DNA of 64,000 nt from Tetramitus jugosus (taxonomy: Eukaryota; Protista; Heterolobosea), in contig OW569371.1 of assembly GCA_937625935.1 (NCBI GenBank), positions 62,001 through 126,000 of the forward strand, in the 5' to 3' direction. The notes beneath the pieces are model-generated. The model was not told the origin of the DNA and made no database searches. It saw nothing but the letters and a program-made list of their open reading frames with translations. Below are positions 35,010 to 46,244 of the stretch, piece by piece. How positions within the stretch are numbered: position 1 is the stretch's first letter; each line of letters begins with the position of its first letter. The translations under genes were made by a program, and so were the position numbers.

Positions 35010-35674
35010 TTAATTGACAGATGACTGAACTTGGTTTCTTCTGCAATACTTTCTCTTTTTCTTGGTCTTGTTCATCTTGTACTTGAGAATCCAGGAGTAT
35101 ATCTCTGAGTGGTCATGATGAACAAATTGGATCTGAGAGTTAGTGTTCTTGTCAAAAACATAACTTGAATTGCTCTTGTCTGTTAGAACAAGAAATACAT
35201 GTTGTTTCAGAACTGGTCCCTTGTGTATCCACACACTCATTTGAGAACAACACACGCGGTCTCTGGAGGGAGGTCACTTGGAGAGAGGTTAATTGATGAT
35301 TATTTGGCAAGAGTCCGGTATGTGAAGCTTGTTGTTTGGAGGACACTAGGTGGAAGTAGGCTTGTTGTCGCTGCTGTTGCTGGAGATGGAGGAGAGCCAA
35401 GTATGTTCAATCGAGAGCACTCGGACTCCAATTGGACATTTCTTTCCACAATAGATAGTACAAGGTTTTGAGTAATAATACCATTGGAAAGAGTAGGGAA
35501 TGGAACCGTGCTATCAATCGATGAAATCTCTGTAAACGAACGAGTTCGCATTGACTGAGTAGTTACGGTGCTGGACACAGGAGTCATGGAAAGTAGGGGA
35601 GTACCTTGGTGGATCAGAGCTCTATCATTCGTGATAGGTACATAGTAGTTGGTCCTCTGCGTTGTAGTGTCCAT
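35010..35674 (-). pseudogene. Frameshifted paralog of 33583-34362 (copy B)
   Basis: Homology to copy A is split over three frames: IVERNVQLESECSRL, then HLQQQQRQ...ECVDTQ, then SQIQFVHHDHSEIYSWILKYKMNKTKKKRKYCRRNQ. Frameshifts fall near 35405 and 35160. Confidence 0.7.
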
Positions 35675-36370
35675 GAATATTGTAGGTTTGTGTTCGAATT
35701 GTTTGTTTGTGTTTGTACTCAACTTTGTCAAGATTATCCTTAAAAAGTTTTGGGAGTTCGCAATGCAAGGACCAAACATCATATCAAGGTCTTTCTCATA
35801 CCTAAATGATGTCTGATCCGATGTTTAGGCCAACGGTGATTGCCGATTCTCGATTTGGGGCAAAATATTTTGAAATGTGACACGATAGTTACTCGAGTTA
35901 TAAAAAGTCAATTTATTTGAGTTAATTTATCATCAGCATCTTCCGTGTCTTGGAGGGCGAAAGAAATATCCACTCGATGGATTTGAGAGAACGAAGAATG
36001 CTTTTGCCGCGTATCGTACACCAATGAGGAAAGGTCTGATGTGTCGATCCAGCAACAGCAACAACTTAACAAGAAGCTGCTGTGTTTTTTTTACGCTCGC
36101 CACAGAGGAACCAAAGTTCTCCACTGCGCATATTGTCACAATTGGTTAGTAATGTACAAGTAAGTCCACAAGAACAAAAATGGTTGTGAACATCTATTGA
36201 AAAGCTTTTATTCGTATCATTCTTGTTGTTTGCTGCATTTTGCGCGGCTTGTTACTTTTTGTTCAACGAGTTCGTTGCAGTCAACCGTGTTGTGATTGTT
36301 ACAAAATATTGAAAATTGAAAAAACAGCAAAAAAACAAAGTCACATACAAGTCATAAACAGAATATCACA

Positions 36371-36709
36371 ATGGTATGTTTTTTCATTCTCGGTTTGCAT
36401 TCTTGATGCATCGACAATTGTTAACTCACAATCAAATCTTCATGCTTGTGTAATCGCAAATGAATGTTCTATCGATTTGCAATTTTTTAGGCAGACGCAT
36501 CACAACAAGAAACAGGCCCACAAGTCAAGTACGTCAAGGTTTTGAAATGTTTGGGAAGAACCGGATCTAGAGGAGGTATCACTCAAGTTAGAGTTGAATT
36601 CTTGGAAGACGAAAGTCGTGTTATCATCAGAAACGTCAAGGGACCAGTCAGAGAAGGTGACATTTTGGCCCTCCTTGAAACTGAAAGAGAAGCAAGAAGA
36701 TTGAGATAA
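36371..36709 (+). CDS. RPS28: 40S ribosomal protein eS28; intron 36374-36490 directly after ATG
   Basis: Manual splice gives [73 protein letters not shown]; absent from the ORF track. Confidence 0.96.
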
Positions 36710-36915
36710 ATAAATCAACTAATGCTGCACGAACAAACTGCTTAGTTATTATCTGAAATTTGTTTTCCTTATTCTTTGCGCCAAACATTTGCGTTGTCGG
36801 TTTTTGGAGAACCGCCGATGATTTCGTTCGTTCCCGCCTTTGATGTCACTACGGGAAAGTTTGTTCAGAGGCATTTTTTATCGCACAGCATAGGCACATT
36901 CAACGCAACACAAAT

Positions 36916-38631
36916 ATGAATGGTCAACAACGACTGACTCGAGGTCATAACAACGCCAATGTCGCTCCCAACCAGAGACAAGTTCAACAACAACAACAAG
37001 CTCTCCTTCAACAACAAAGACTCAGACAACAACAGAGAACGCAGCAACAACAATCAATGAATGGTAGTTCTAAAAACAGCACTCATCATAATCCTAGAGC
37101 TACTACCAATTCAGGCAGCAGTAGCAGTGAACAACAAAACAATCAGAAAAGGATTGAGAGATCAAGTGATGAGCCAGCCACCATTCTGTTCAACGTTTGC
37201 AAGAATGAAGTGTTTACACCAAAGAGGGGTTTGAGTCACCTGTTCAAGAAATTAAAGAGCGATTATAAAGTGGAGTTGAACAGCGAGGAGATTAGTTTAA
37301 CCAGTCTGTCCAAGGGCCACATTTTCGTTGTGGCAGGTCCCAGAGAGAAGTTTACAAAGGAAGAGTTTGTAGCGATGCAACAATATGTCAGGATGGGAGG
37401 TAGCTTATTGTTTTTGCTGGGAGAGGGAGGAGAACAAAGGTTTAGCACAAATTTGAATTTTATGTTGGAGCAGTATGGTATTATTGTGAACAATGACGCT
37501 GTGATTCGAACCACCTTTTACAAGTACTTTCATCCCAAGGAGGTGTGCGTCGAGAAGGGTGTTCTTAATCGTGGTTTCTCTGAAGCAGCGTTTCGCTTGA
37601 CATCAGCAACAAGTGCGAACTCTTCTCACAGCGGAAGCTCTAATTCATCTGGTGTTCATCAGGATCTCTCAAGCAGTGGTAGCAGTACGATCGCTGCTGA
37701 CAGTTATTTATCATACGTCTATCCATATGGAGCAACTCTTACGGTCGAGAAACCTGCAGTTCCATTGTTGAGTTCTGGTTATACTTCTTATCCTGTGAAT
37801 CGACCTGTTGCTGCTCTCTATAAATCAAAGAATGACATAGGAAGGGTTGCAGTTATTGGTTCTGTTCACATGTTTGAAGATAAATGGATCGACAAAGAGG
37901 ACAACTCGAAGATTCAGGAAACATTGTTTCAATGGTTATTGCAAGATCCATCTGTTGTACTAAACGAGATTGATGCGTACGACGCGGAAGTGAATGACCA
38001 CCATTTTCTTCCTGATACAAAATCTCTCGCCGATCGATACAAGCCATGCTTGCAGGAGGGAGAAGAACTACCCAAGGATTTCAACAGATTATTCGTGAAT
38101 GACATTTTCAAGTTTGATACGAATCTTATTCCTGAAACGATTCAATTGTATGAAAAGCTAGGAGTGAAGCATACACCTCTAACATTGATTCCACCATCAT
38201 TCGAAACACCCTTACCACCATTGACACCTGCAGTGTACCCATGTTCTTTTATCGATTGCCCTCCACCTGCTTTAGAGCTGTTTGATCTAGATGAGCAATT
38301 CGCATCCGAGGAGGTGCGGTTGGCTCATCTAACGAACAGAGCCGAACCATCTGACATCGATAGCTATGTCAAAAAAGCGGCGGATATATGCGGTATTCTA
38401 CCAAAGATGAAGAGCGAGTACAGGACAAGTGCCAGTCATATTCTTGAGTTTGTGTTCCGTCAGCTGGTGCACTTTAAGAAAACGAGCAATGATCAAATCA
38501 CTCAGGCTCCCTTGGATTCTAACACGTTTGCATTGAACTTTAAGCACCGATTGGACCGAATGAACCAAAGTTCGCTTGATTTTTCCTCCAAGGCCGGAAC
38601 TCCTGTCCAGTCACCTGATTCATTCTTGTAA
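36916..38631 (+). CDS. IFT52: Intraflagellar transport protein 52
   Basis: GPREKFT, LGEGGE, YFHPKE, YPYGATLTVEKPAVPLLSSG, FETPLPPL and LELFDLDEQFASE. Confidence 0.95.
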   Translation: MNGQQRLTRGHNNANVAPNQRQVQQQQQALLQQQRLRQQQRTQQQQSMNGSSKNSTHHNPRATTNSGSSSSEQQNNQKRIERSSDEPATILFNVCKNEVFTPKRGLSHLFKKLKSDYKVELNSEEISLTSLSKGHIFVVAGPREKFTKEEFVAMQQYVRMGGSLLFLLGEGGEQRFSTNLNFMLEQYGIIVNNDAVIRTTFYKYFHPKEVCVEKGVLNRGFSEAAFRLTSATSANSSHSGSSNSSGVHQDLSSSGSSTIAADSYLSYVYPYGATLTVEKPAVPLLSSGYTSYPVNRPVAALYKSKNDIGRVAVIGSVHMFEDKWIDKEDNSKIQETLFQWLLQDPSVVLNEIDAYDAEVNDHHFLPDTKSLADRYKPCLQEGEELPKDFNRLFVNDIFKFDTNLIPETIQLYEKLGVKHTPLTLIPPSFETPLPPLTPAVYPCSFIDCPPPALELFDLDEQFASEEVRLAHLTNRAEPSDIDSYVKKAADICGILPKMKSEYRTSASHILEFVFRQLVHFKKTSNDQITQAPLDSNTFALNFKHRLDRMNQSSLDFSSKAGTPVQSPDSFL

Positions 38632-38760
38632 GGTGAGATTGTAAATTATTTTAGACCAGCATACAAATCCTTCACTCAGTCAATTGATTGTTTCAAACCA
38701 AAACTGTCTCGTTTTATGTACATACAGACCTATTACCTATTTACACTTTGATTTCACTAC

Positions 38761-39621
38761 TCAATGATTTTGTTCTAGTAACTTATCAAGGAGGGGCTGG
38801 ATGATCTCTACGCCTTGTTTGAACACAGCATCAGCTCCATTACTGCACCCATCCATATACAGCACTGGCGTTGTCATATTATGAACAAACTGAGTTCCAT
38901 CGATCAATTGGCGATTATACAGCTGATACGATGGCCAAATAACTTTCTCAAAGTAGTCATCTGGAACGGGCATCGTACGAAGTCTTCTTTCTTTGCAAAC
39001 CTCCTTTTGTACATGAATAAACATGAGGCAGTCACATTGCTTCATGAGATATGGACGAGTAATTAAGAGAAACCCTTCAATCAACAAAATTCGTTTGATG
39101 CGCGTGGGTCGATTGTTCAGAGCACAACCATCTCTCTCACTTTTCGAAGCAGGAAACAGATATCGTTCCTCATGACGCCCACACCTCAGTGAGAAAAAGT
39201 TGTCATCATGAGCTGCGCCGTTGCCATTACCATCTTCACTCAGATCAGACTTGACAAATGATGGTTTTGCTAAAAACTCTTGTACTTGTTTCTCCAGAGA
39301 ATCAAAGTCCACAGATTCTGTACTCTCCCAATTCTCATACCCTGTTTCCTCGTGTATTGGCTTCTTGAATCGAAAGAACCTATCTTGTTGTATCAATTTC
39401 AATTTCAGGAACACTTGCTTGTCTGAACATTGGTTGAGCGATTCACCATATTGTAAAATGCATTGGTGAACGTAGATAAACAATGATTCAGACAGGGTGG
39501 ACTTTCCACTGCGCGTAGCACCCGAAATTGCAATAATCAGAGTCTCATCATCTTCATCATTCGCTATTGTGTTATGACAACCATCAAGTTCCTCTCCATG
39601 ATTCATCATCTTGTTTCCCAT
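38761..39621 (-). CDS. Nicotinamide riboside kinase / uridine-kinase-like P-loop kinase
   Basis: ISGATRSGKSTL, QDRFF, ENWE, IEGFLL and YFEKVIWPSY. Confidence 0.8.
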   Translation of the reverse strand: MGNKMMNHGEELDGCHNTIANDEDDETLIIAISGATRSGKSTLSESLFIYVHQCILQYGESLNQCSDKQVFLKLKLIQQDRFFRFKKPIHEETGYENWESTESVDFDSLEKQVQEFLAKPSFVKSDLSEDGNGNGAAHDDNFFSLRCGRHEERYLFPASKSERDGCALNNRPTRIKRILLIEGFLLITRPYLMKQCDCLMFIHVQKEVCKERRLRTMPVPDDYFEKVIWPSYQLYNRQLIDGTQFVHNMTTPVLYMDGCSNGADAVFKQGVEIIQPLLDKLLEQNH

Positions 39622-40015
39622 TCTTGTCTTTTTGTTCTGCTCTCCTGAAATAATTTATGAACACCTAAAATATCAATCTGATGGACGACATGATATGGTT
39701 AAAAACTGGCCCTCGTAGCTTCATGTGGTGGTGACGATTCAAATATTCTCATGCCACTTCCTTTGACAAGACTTGAAGAGACTCTGACAAAATAGCTTCT
39801 GTAATTTCCTCCAAAATTCGACAGAAGATCAACGCACATTTATTCGTTCGTTTTGCCAATCCATCACACATCAACAACAACAATAACAAGAATAACAAGA
39901 AGAACAAGAAGAATAACAACTTGAACGACAAACAAAATTCCACACAACAACAACAACAGCAACAACACTTAACCAAACGATCACCAACATTGAACACTCA
40001 CTTTGACCACCAACA

Positions 40016-42925
40016 ATGAAAAAGCTCTTGTTTGGCTCACTGAGTCTCTCTGACAATGCACTGTCTCAATCACCACCCACTACCACCACTTCCTATTTTA
40101 GTGGTTTTTCCTCTCCGAGAACACCCATGATCAACAACCAATCCAATATTTATAACAACTCATCATCAACAACAACAACAGTGATCAACAATAATAATGA
40201 CAATAATAGTGCTCCAAGTTCTCCGACGACGACTACGACTCATAGTAACAACTCTAGTTGTACACCATCACCCATAACGACCAATCAAGAATTTTCATCT
40301 TCCTATTCTGGTACTCCAGTCAAGCAAACACCGACTCGTTCTGCAGTGCAACGTAGCTCTGCAGCAGCAGCATCATCATCATCAGTGAGTCATCCACATC
40401 ATCGTCCTCAACATCATCCTAGACAACACAGTCGCACTGGTTCACTCACTATGGTTCAAATCGATGTTGAATATAGAAATGAAAGCTTTACCGTTGGTGG
40501 TGGCGCTCATTCAATCAATTACAGCGGAACGACGTTGGTGGGTAGTTTGGTGCCGCACGGAACTGGAAAGCTTTGCTATTCTAATGGTGTCATCTACGAG
40601 GGCGAATTCCATCTGGGGAAGCGCAGCGGAAGCGGAACATTGTATTACAAGGTTGACAACAATGGAGTAACTAATTCTCCGCCGTTGTATGAAACGACGA
40701 GTCAATGGTTGAGATCGGCTTTTTCGAGCTCTAGCAAGGCAAAGTCGACGGGAGAACAGCAGTGCAATTGGTCAATTATGGGTCTCTGGGAGGAGAATCA
40801 TCCAAGATCAGACTGTAAATTCAAAGTTAAGACTGATAGCTATGAATACTTGGGTTATTTACAAATGGTGGATAGTGGATCATCGAGTACAAGTACTTCC
40901 TCCAACAGTAGTAGTAGCAGCAGCAGTAGCAGCCATAGCAATAGCAGTACCATCAATGGTAGTGGAAGCAATAGCAGCAACAGTAGCAATACAAGCAGTG
41001 TCAGTGGCAACACGAGCAACATTGATCATTTGTTTGAATTGGTCAGCCTATCTGATTTCAAAAAGAGTGGAGAGGGTGAGATGCACAATGTTGTGAACAA
41101 TGAGCGTTACATTGGTGATTTCAAGGGTGATATGCGCAACGGTTATGGCATACAAGTGTACAAGAACAAGGATCGATACTTTGGTGGTTGGGCGTGTGAC
41201 AAGTTGGACGGTTTCGGAACATTCATGTACAATGATGGTACCATGTTTCAAGGCTTGTTTCACTTGGGTTCGGCCAAGGGCAATGGAACCATGTATTGGC
41301 CCAATGGTGACACAATGGCTGGTGATTGGCGCGGCTCACAGGTCAAGAATGGCATATATACCAAGGGTTCATGCGACTCGTGTCAAAAAGTGAATCTGTA
41401 CAAGTTGTCCAACGCAATCAAAGAAGGTCTTCAATCGATCGAAGACAGCTACTATTACAATGCAGAGAGAAAACGAGAGGACAAAATGTCAAATGCACTC
41501 AAGTGGCGCCAGTACAAGGTGTTGAATGAGGATCAATTCAATCGAGAGCAAGATATTTTGAGTGAGTTGTTTACGAGAAAGTTGTACAATCTGGAAATGT
41601 TTGAAGAATGTGTTTCAACACTGCTCAGAGGATACAATTATGATGAGAGGTGGTTCACGAACTCTGCAATCTCCTTCTTTGTTTCATTTTTCGATAATAC
41701 GTACACGACGACAGGCAGTAGCACAGGGCGACAGAATGAAACACTTGTGATCAATGATGCCAAGTCGGACATTGATTCGTTTATTGTGTTTTTGCAGGAT
41801 GAGATTTGGAATTATTTTATTCGATTGTTCAACAGTTCGCAAGCGAGTCAAAAGTTGAGAGATGTTTGCAAACAGTCGTGCATGTCCATGATTCGAGACT
41901 ATGTACATGAGCAGTTGGCAATCACGTGCTTTGAGCTGTATAATAAGACGTATCAGGACAAGGATATTTTAGCAAATCAAAAATTGGATACTCTTCGTAA
42001 TCGATTGACGCTAGGTATGCTTGAGATACCAAAAAAGTTTAGACCTTCTCACACTGAGCGCTCCGAATTGGAATCTGAGCCCTACAGTGAAGCTGTGTCA
42101 ATCTTGTCTACTCTTCCGCGCAAGGAAACCATTTCTAGCAAGTTAGACGTGTTGGATCGAGCCTATCGATCCTTAGTTGATGAAATGATTCTCAATCGAT
42201 GCAATCAACGAAAGAGAAGGAGGTTGCGAAAAGGAGAAATGTGTACGGAGGAAGAGGAGTTGCAAAAGGAGAAGGAAGACCAGAACTGGGAGCCGTCAGC
42301 TGATGATTACACTGGTGTAGCGCTCTATGTTTACATGAAAGCCAATATACGTAACCATCATGCACAGTATCACTATATTAATCATTATTCAGACAGTAGC
42401 ACAGCTGCAGGTGTGCTCCAACTGTATGAAGGTGTATTGAAGTATATTGATGACTTGGATCCGGCATTACATACGAAGACTGGAGCACTGATTTCGGCTT
42501 ATTCTCTCTCTGTGTCTCTCGATGATGCATTCCACTATGTCCGAAGATCAACAAAGAGCGACAGACAAGCATTCTCATGGCTGCCTCATTTGTTGGCATT
42601 CTTGTCACTTGAGACTGGCCGTAGGCGCAGTGATGAACCATTGTTCTTAGAGGTAACAGACAATGCATTTGTGAATCTAAAGGAGAGATTGATCAAGCAT
42701 CTGCCCTTGGTGACAAGTTTGCTCGAGTACGCTGAGAAATTGGGATTTGATGTTGTTTATGAGACTGATAAGAACAAACTGTTTGTGAGATTGTGTGATG
42801 ACATGTTGCCTCCACATGTGTACAATGAGCTCTCCATTCAGTCGTCGACTCTAGTCTATGCAGGACCAGAGAAGAACTCTCGGATGACCCGATCAGACTC
42901 GACTCTCAAGAGAATCGTGTCTTAA
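40016..42925 (+). CDS. MORN-repeat + VPS9-domain protein (alsin-like Rab5-family GEF)
   Basis: MORN repeats (YEGEFHLGKRSGSG, YIGDFKGDMRNGYG); VPS9-like PYSEAV...KLDVL...SADD...YVYMKAN. Confidence 0.8.
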   Translation: MKKLLFGSLSLSDNALSQSPPTTTTSYFSGFSSPRTPMINNQSNIYNNSSSTTTTVINNNNDNNSAPSSPTTTTTHSNNSSCTPSPITTNQEFSSSYSGTPVKQTPTRSAVQRSSAAAASSSSVSHPHHRPQHHPRQHSRTGSLTMVQIDVEYRNESFTVGGGAHSINYSGTTLVGSLVPHGTGKLCYSNGVIYEGEFHLGKRSGSGTLYYKVDNNGVTNSPPLYETTSQWLRSAFSSSSKAKSTGEQQCNWSIMGLWEENHPRSDCKFKVKTDSYEYLGYLQMVDSGSSSTSTSSNSSSSSSSSSHSNSSTINGSGSNSSNSSNTSSVSGNTSNIDHLFELVSLSDFKKSGEGEMHNVVNNERYIGDFKGDMRNGYGIQVYKNKDRYFGGWACDKLDGFGTFMYNDGTMFQGLFHLGSAKGNGTMYWPNGDTMAGDWRGSQVKNGIYTKGSCDSCQKVNLYKLSNAIKEGLQSIEDSYYYNAERKREDKMSNALKWRQYKVLNEDQFNREQDILSELFTRKLYNLEMFEECVSTLLRGYNYDERWFTNSAISFFVSFFDNTYTTTGSSTGRQNETLVINDAKSDIDSFIVFLQDEIWNYFIRLFNSSQASQKLRDVCKQSCMSMIRDYVHEQLAITCFELYNKTYQDKDILANQKLDTLRNRLTLGMLEIPKKFRPSHTERSELESEPYSEAVSILSTLPRKETISSKLDVLDRAYRSLVDEMILNRCNQRKRRRLRKGEMCTEEEELQKEKEDQNWEPSADDYTGVALYVYMKANIRNHHAQYHYINHYSDSSTAAGVLQLYEGVLKYIDDLDPALHTKTGALISAYSLSVSLDDAFHYVRRSTKSDRQAFSWLPHLLAFLSLETGRRRSDEPLFLEVTDNAFVNLKERLIKHLPLVTSLLEYAEKLGFDVVYETDKNKLFVRLCDDMLPPHVYNELSIQSSTLVYAGPEKNSRMTRSDSTLKRIVS

Positions 42926-42978
42926 CAACTAACTTATTTTATAATAAAGTAAATTATTTATTTTTTACCGCATGCGTA

Positions 42979-43854
42979 TTACAAATCTTCGCTCGACTCC
43001 ATATTGGTGCTATCTCCTGTTCTTGTTGGATCAGGATCTGTCACATCAGCAATCAATGGCTTCACTTGGTCAATAAACTCTTGAACAGACACTCGCAATT
43101 TGACGTCAATCTCACCACCTCCCAAGAAAATGCTGCCCAATTTCTGAGAAACAATGGATTTTGCGAGAATGATTGGCACATAGTCTGTCATACCAACAGG
43201 AGACACAGCATTAAACTTGTAACCAGTTAATCGTACTTGATCTTCCTCTCGTGCCAACCGGAAATAAAATTGTCTCTTTCCCAACTTGTTCTCATTCAAC
43301 TCTCTCAGGAATCTCATGACCTTGTCGCTCGACAACTTTGTCGTGTACTGCATCACAATGCAATAAAATTTGGCATTGTTGGGATCAGAGTTGTTCGGAT
43401 TGACACACTTGGTATTCTCCAAAATCATACTCTTGCACAGCATGTGAATCGATGGACAATTCAACATTTTGGCCCGATCGTTCAAACTATAGGAATAGTA
43501 GTCGGAAGGTACCTTGTGAAGTGATGATCTAGAGAGACCTAGTTGAATACATGCGTCTCTCACACGATTCACATCACTACTCATATCATTGCTGTCAAGG
43601 AGTTGTAAACCTTCAAAATTTTTGGTTGTACAATCAGTGTCCAACAACAATGGAACATTTTCATCATTATCAACATTAGGGCTACTCTTTCTATTGTCAT
43701 GCTTACTATTGTTCCATTGAAGCATTGCGTTCTTCAATTTTTGTTGTTTTTCACCTCTTTTTTGATTTTCGATCGAAATGTGAGATTGAATGGATTGGAT
43801 GCCAGAATCAATGGCATTGAAGCGCAAAGTCAACTGATGTAATCTCTCTTCCAT
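42979..43854 (-). CDS. YbaK/ProX-type aminoacyl-tRNA deacylase domain protein
   Basis: LCKSMILENT, FRLA...LTGYKFNAVSPVG and IFLGGGEIDVKL. Confidence 0.82.
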   Translation of the reverse strand: MEERLHQLTLRFNAIDSGIQSIQSHISIENQKRGEKQQKLKNAMLQWNNSKHDNRKSSPNVDNDENVPLLLDTDCTTKNFEGLQLLDSNDMSSDVNRVRDACIQLGLSRSSLHKVPSDYYSYSLNDRAKMLNCPSIHMLCKSMILENTKCVNPNNSDPNNAKFYCIVMQYTTKLSSDKVMRFLRELNENKLGKRQFYFRLAREEDQVRLTGYKFNAVSPVGMTDYVPIILAKSIVSQKLGSIFLGGGEIDVKLRVSVQEFIDQVKPLIADVTDPDPTRTGDSTNMESSEDL

Positions 43855-43980
43855 GGTCGTTGGACGCGTCGTAGTCAATGCAATTTGTTTTTTGCTTTCT
43901 GCAAGTGTTTTTTGTTTGGTTGATCGGAAAATTGTTTTATTGGATTGTGGAGGAATAACGTGTTCGAAAAGAGCAGGTAC

Positions 43981-45426
43981 CTAAGCAGCAGCAACCAACT
44001 TGAACATTTGAACCTTAATTTCTCTTACACTAGGAATGTTGAACAATCGTTCTACATTGTCCATCATCATCATCATGGCTGCTTCATTCTTTGTCGTCGT
44101 TGTCTTCATTGCCATCATCACATCATGTTGCTTTTGTTGCTTTTCTTGTTGTTGTTGTTGCTGCTGCTGCAATGAATCATCATCATCATGATATACAACA
44201 ACAGGATCATTGTGTTCCATGATTGAGTCACCATCATCATCACAACTCACACCTTCTTCTTCTTCTTCATCCTGATTGTTCACAGAGTGAATCTCAGCAA
44301 AGAATGGATGGTACAGTGCTTGTTGAATGGTGATTCTGTGATCCGGGTCCAATTGCAGCATCTTCTCCAACAAATCCACTGCATCGGCATCTGCTCTCGG
44401 AAACAGTTGCACAAAGTTTTTTCTCGGACGTTTCTTGAGTGTTTTGAGCCATCGAACCGCTTCGGGACTGCCCTTCAATTGAGCATATTCATCATTGTTC
44501 ATTGGTGTGCCACAAACGTCCAATATCAACTCTAGTTGTTGAATGTAGTGAGAACCGGGGAACAACACTTTTTTGTTCAACATTTCTGCAAAGATGCAAC
44601 CAACGCTCCAAACATCGATTGCTGGTCCACTCCGCGTATACTTTAACAATAGTTCAGGTGCTCTATAGAATCGTGTACTCACATACGTGGTCATCTCTGT
44701 TTCCTCCTTGAATGAATATTCACGCGACAGTCCCATATCGCACAATCGCAGTTCCATGTCTTGATTAACGAGAATGTTGGACGGTTTGATATCACGATGA
44801 ACAATACCGTTCATGTGCATGTGATTCAGTCCCTGTAGTAGTTGATACATGAACCATTTCATGTGTTCAATCGTCAACTCACTACTACTACTATTATTCT
44901 GACTATTACTATTCTGACTCTTATTCTTGTTATTGTTGGTGTGATTGGTCAATTGTTGACGCAACAAATCCTTCAATGTCGTATCCATGTAATTTGTCAC
45001 AATATACACATCATTAAACGACTCAAAATTCTCTGGTTGAATAATCTCAATCAGTTCAATAATGTTTTCATGACCACTCAAGTACTTTAGTGACGCGACT
45101 TCTCGCAAGATTCGTTTCTGATATTCTCGCGAATTGTCAAACACGTTTGTAATTTTTTTGATGGCCACTTTTTGGTTCGTTTGCTTGTCAATGGCGGAGA
45201 TCACGAGGCCATATGCGCCCATGCCTACTCGTTCAATGGGTTCGTATCGGTCGGTAATGTTGAACTCGGCACCCGATATGAAAAATTTGTTTCTTTTTTG
45301 AGCATAGCTATTGTTGTTATTGTTGATGGTAGTTGTATGATGGGTGTTGGTATCGTTGGTAGTAGTAGTGGTGGTAGTGGAGTGGTTGTTGTTGTTGTTG
45401 GAGTGTGTAGCGACTGCTGCTGACAT
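43981..45426 (-). CDS. MAP kinase (CMGC), TTY activation motif
   Basis: GMGAYGLV, VAIKKI, HRDIKPSN, CDMGLSR, MTTYVSTRFYRAPE and DVWSVGCIFAE. Confidence 0.92.
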   Translation of the reverse strand: MSAAVATHSNNNNNHSTTTTTTTNDTNTHHTTTINNNNNSYAQKRNKFFISGAEFNITDRYEPIERVGMGAYGLVISAIDKQTNQKVAIKKITNVFDNSREYQKRILREVASLKYLSGHENIIELIEIIQPENFESFNDVYIVTNYMDTTLKDLLRQQLTNHTNNNKNKSQNSNSQNNSSSSELTIEHMKWFMYQLLQGLNHMHMNGIVHRDIKPSNILVNQDMELRLCDMGLSREYSFKEETEMTTYVSTRFYRAPELLLKYTRSGPAIDVWSVGCIFAEMLNKKVLFPGSHYIQQLELILDVCGTPMNNDEYAQLKGSPEAVRWLKTLKKRPRKNFVQLFPRADADAVDLLEKMLQLDPDHRITIQQALYHPFFAEIHSVNNQDEEEEEGVSCDDDGDSIMEHNDPVVVYHDDDDSLQQQQQQQQEKQQKQHDVMMAMKTTTTKNEAAMMMMMDNVERLFNIPSVREIKVQMFKLVAAA

Positions 45427-46147
45427 TGTCTGAAGAGGGTGTTATTGTCGTTATTTGTTGTTGTTTTGAGGTTGGTGCTTTTTTTTTCGCCTTGTATTTG
45501 GCCAGAGCTTGAAAAAAATATTTGATTGTATGGAAGGTTGTTGGGAGCAGTTGATGCGTAGATGCGCAGATGCGATGGTACAAATTGTTCCGGTTGAGTA
45601 TATATGGTCAGAATTCCCGAGTTGCCGTTTGTAAAAAATTCCGCGAAGAGTCTTATCGGAAATAAAAATGTAAAAAAAGATTTGGTTGTTCCGCTTGATA
45701 CGAACGGACGAATAAATATGATTGGTGGTAGTTGTGTACAAATGGTTGATTGTCTTTGTAGAGATGGAGGGATACCTCTTTGTAGTATACTATATTCAAT
45801 AGAGAGAGATGGAAAATGCAACAATTGCAATTGTTGATATATACAGGTATGTACAGGGATGTATGGAGTGAATTCAATAGATGGGAGCTTCTATTTGAAT
45901 GATGATGCGTGTGCAGTGGGAATAATGTGACTGTGTGCGCTTCGTCTTGTTTTTTGAAGTGTTTGTTTGTGTTTTGTTGGCGTTTGAATGTTGAAATGCT
46001 TCGCTGTGTGCTCCTTCCAATGTTTGGGCCGCGGATGCGAGAAATTGCCGCCCGTCAAGTTCCTTTCATCAAGCAATAATCCCAAATTCCACGTCTTTCG
46101 AAAAGCCCAAACCTGCAAGAAATTTCTCGTTTCCAGAGAAAAAAGCT

Positions 46148-46244
46148 CTCCCATACCGGGACTCGAACCCGGGTCTTCCGGGACCTTTTGCATTTCAGCT
46201 TGGAAGTGAAAGCCGGATATCCTAACCAGCTAGACTATATGGGA
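46148..46244 (-). tRNA. tRNA-Glu(TTC) with 24-nt canonical intron (46183-46206)
   Basis: TCCCATA/TATGGGA acceptor stem; D arm GTCTAGCTGGTTAGGAT; anticodon arm TCCGG-CT TTC A^C-CCGGA; T arm CCGGG TTCGAGT CCCGG; T6 Pol III terminator just downstream. Confidence 0.95.
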
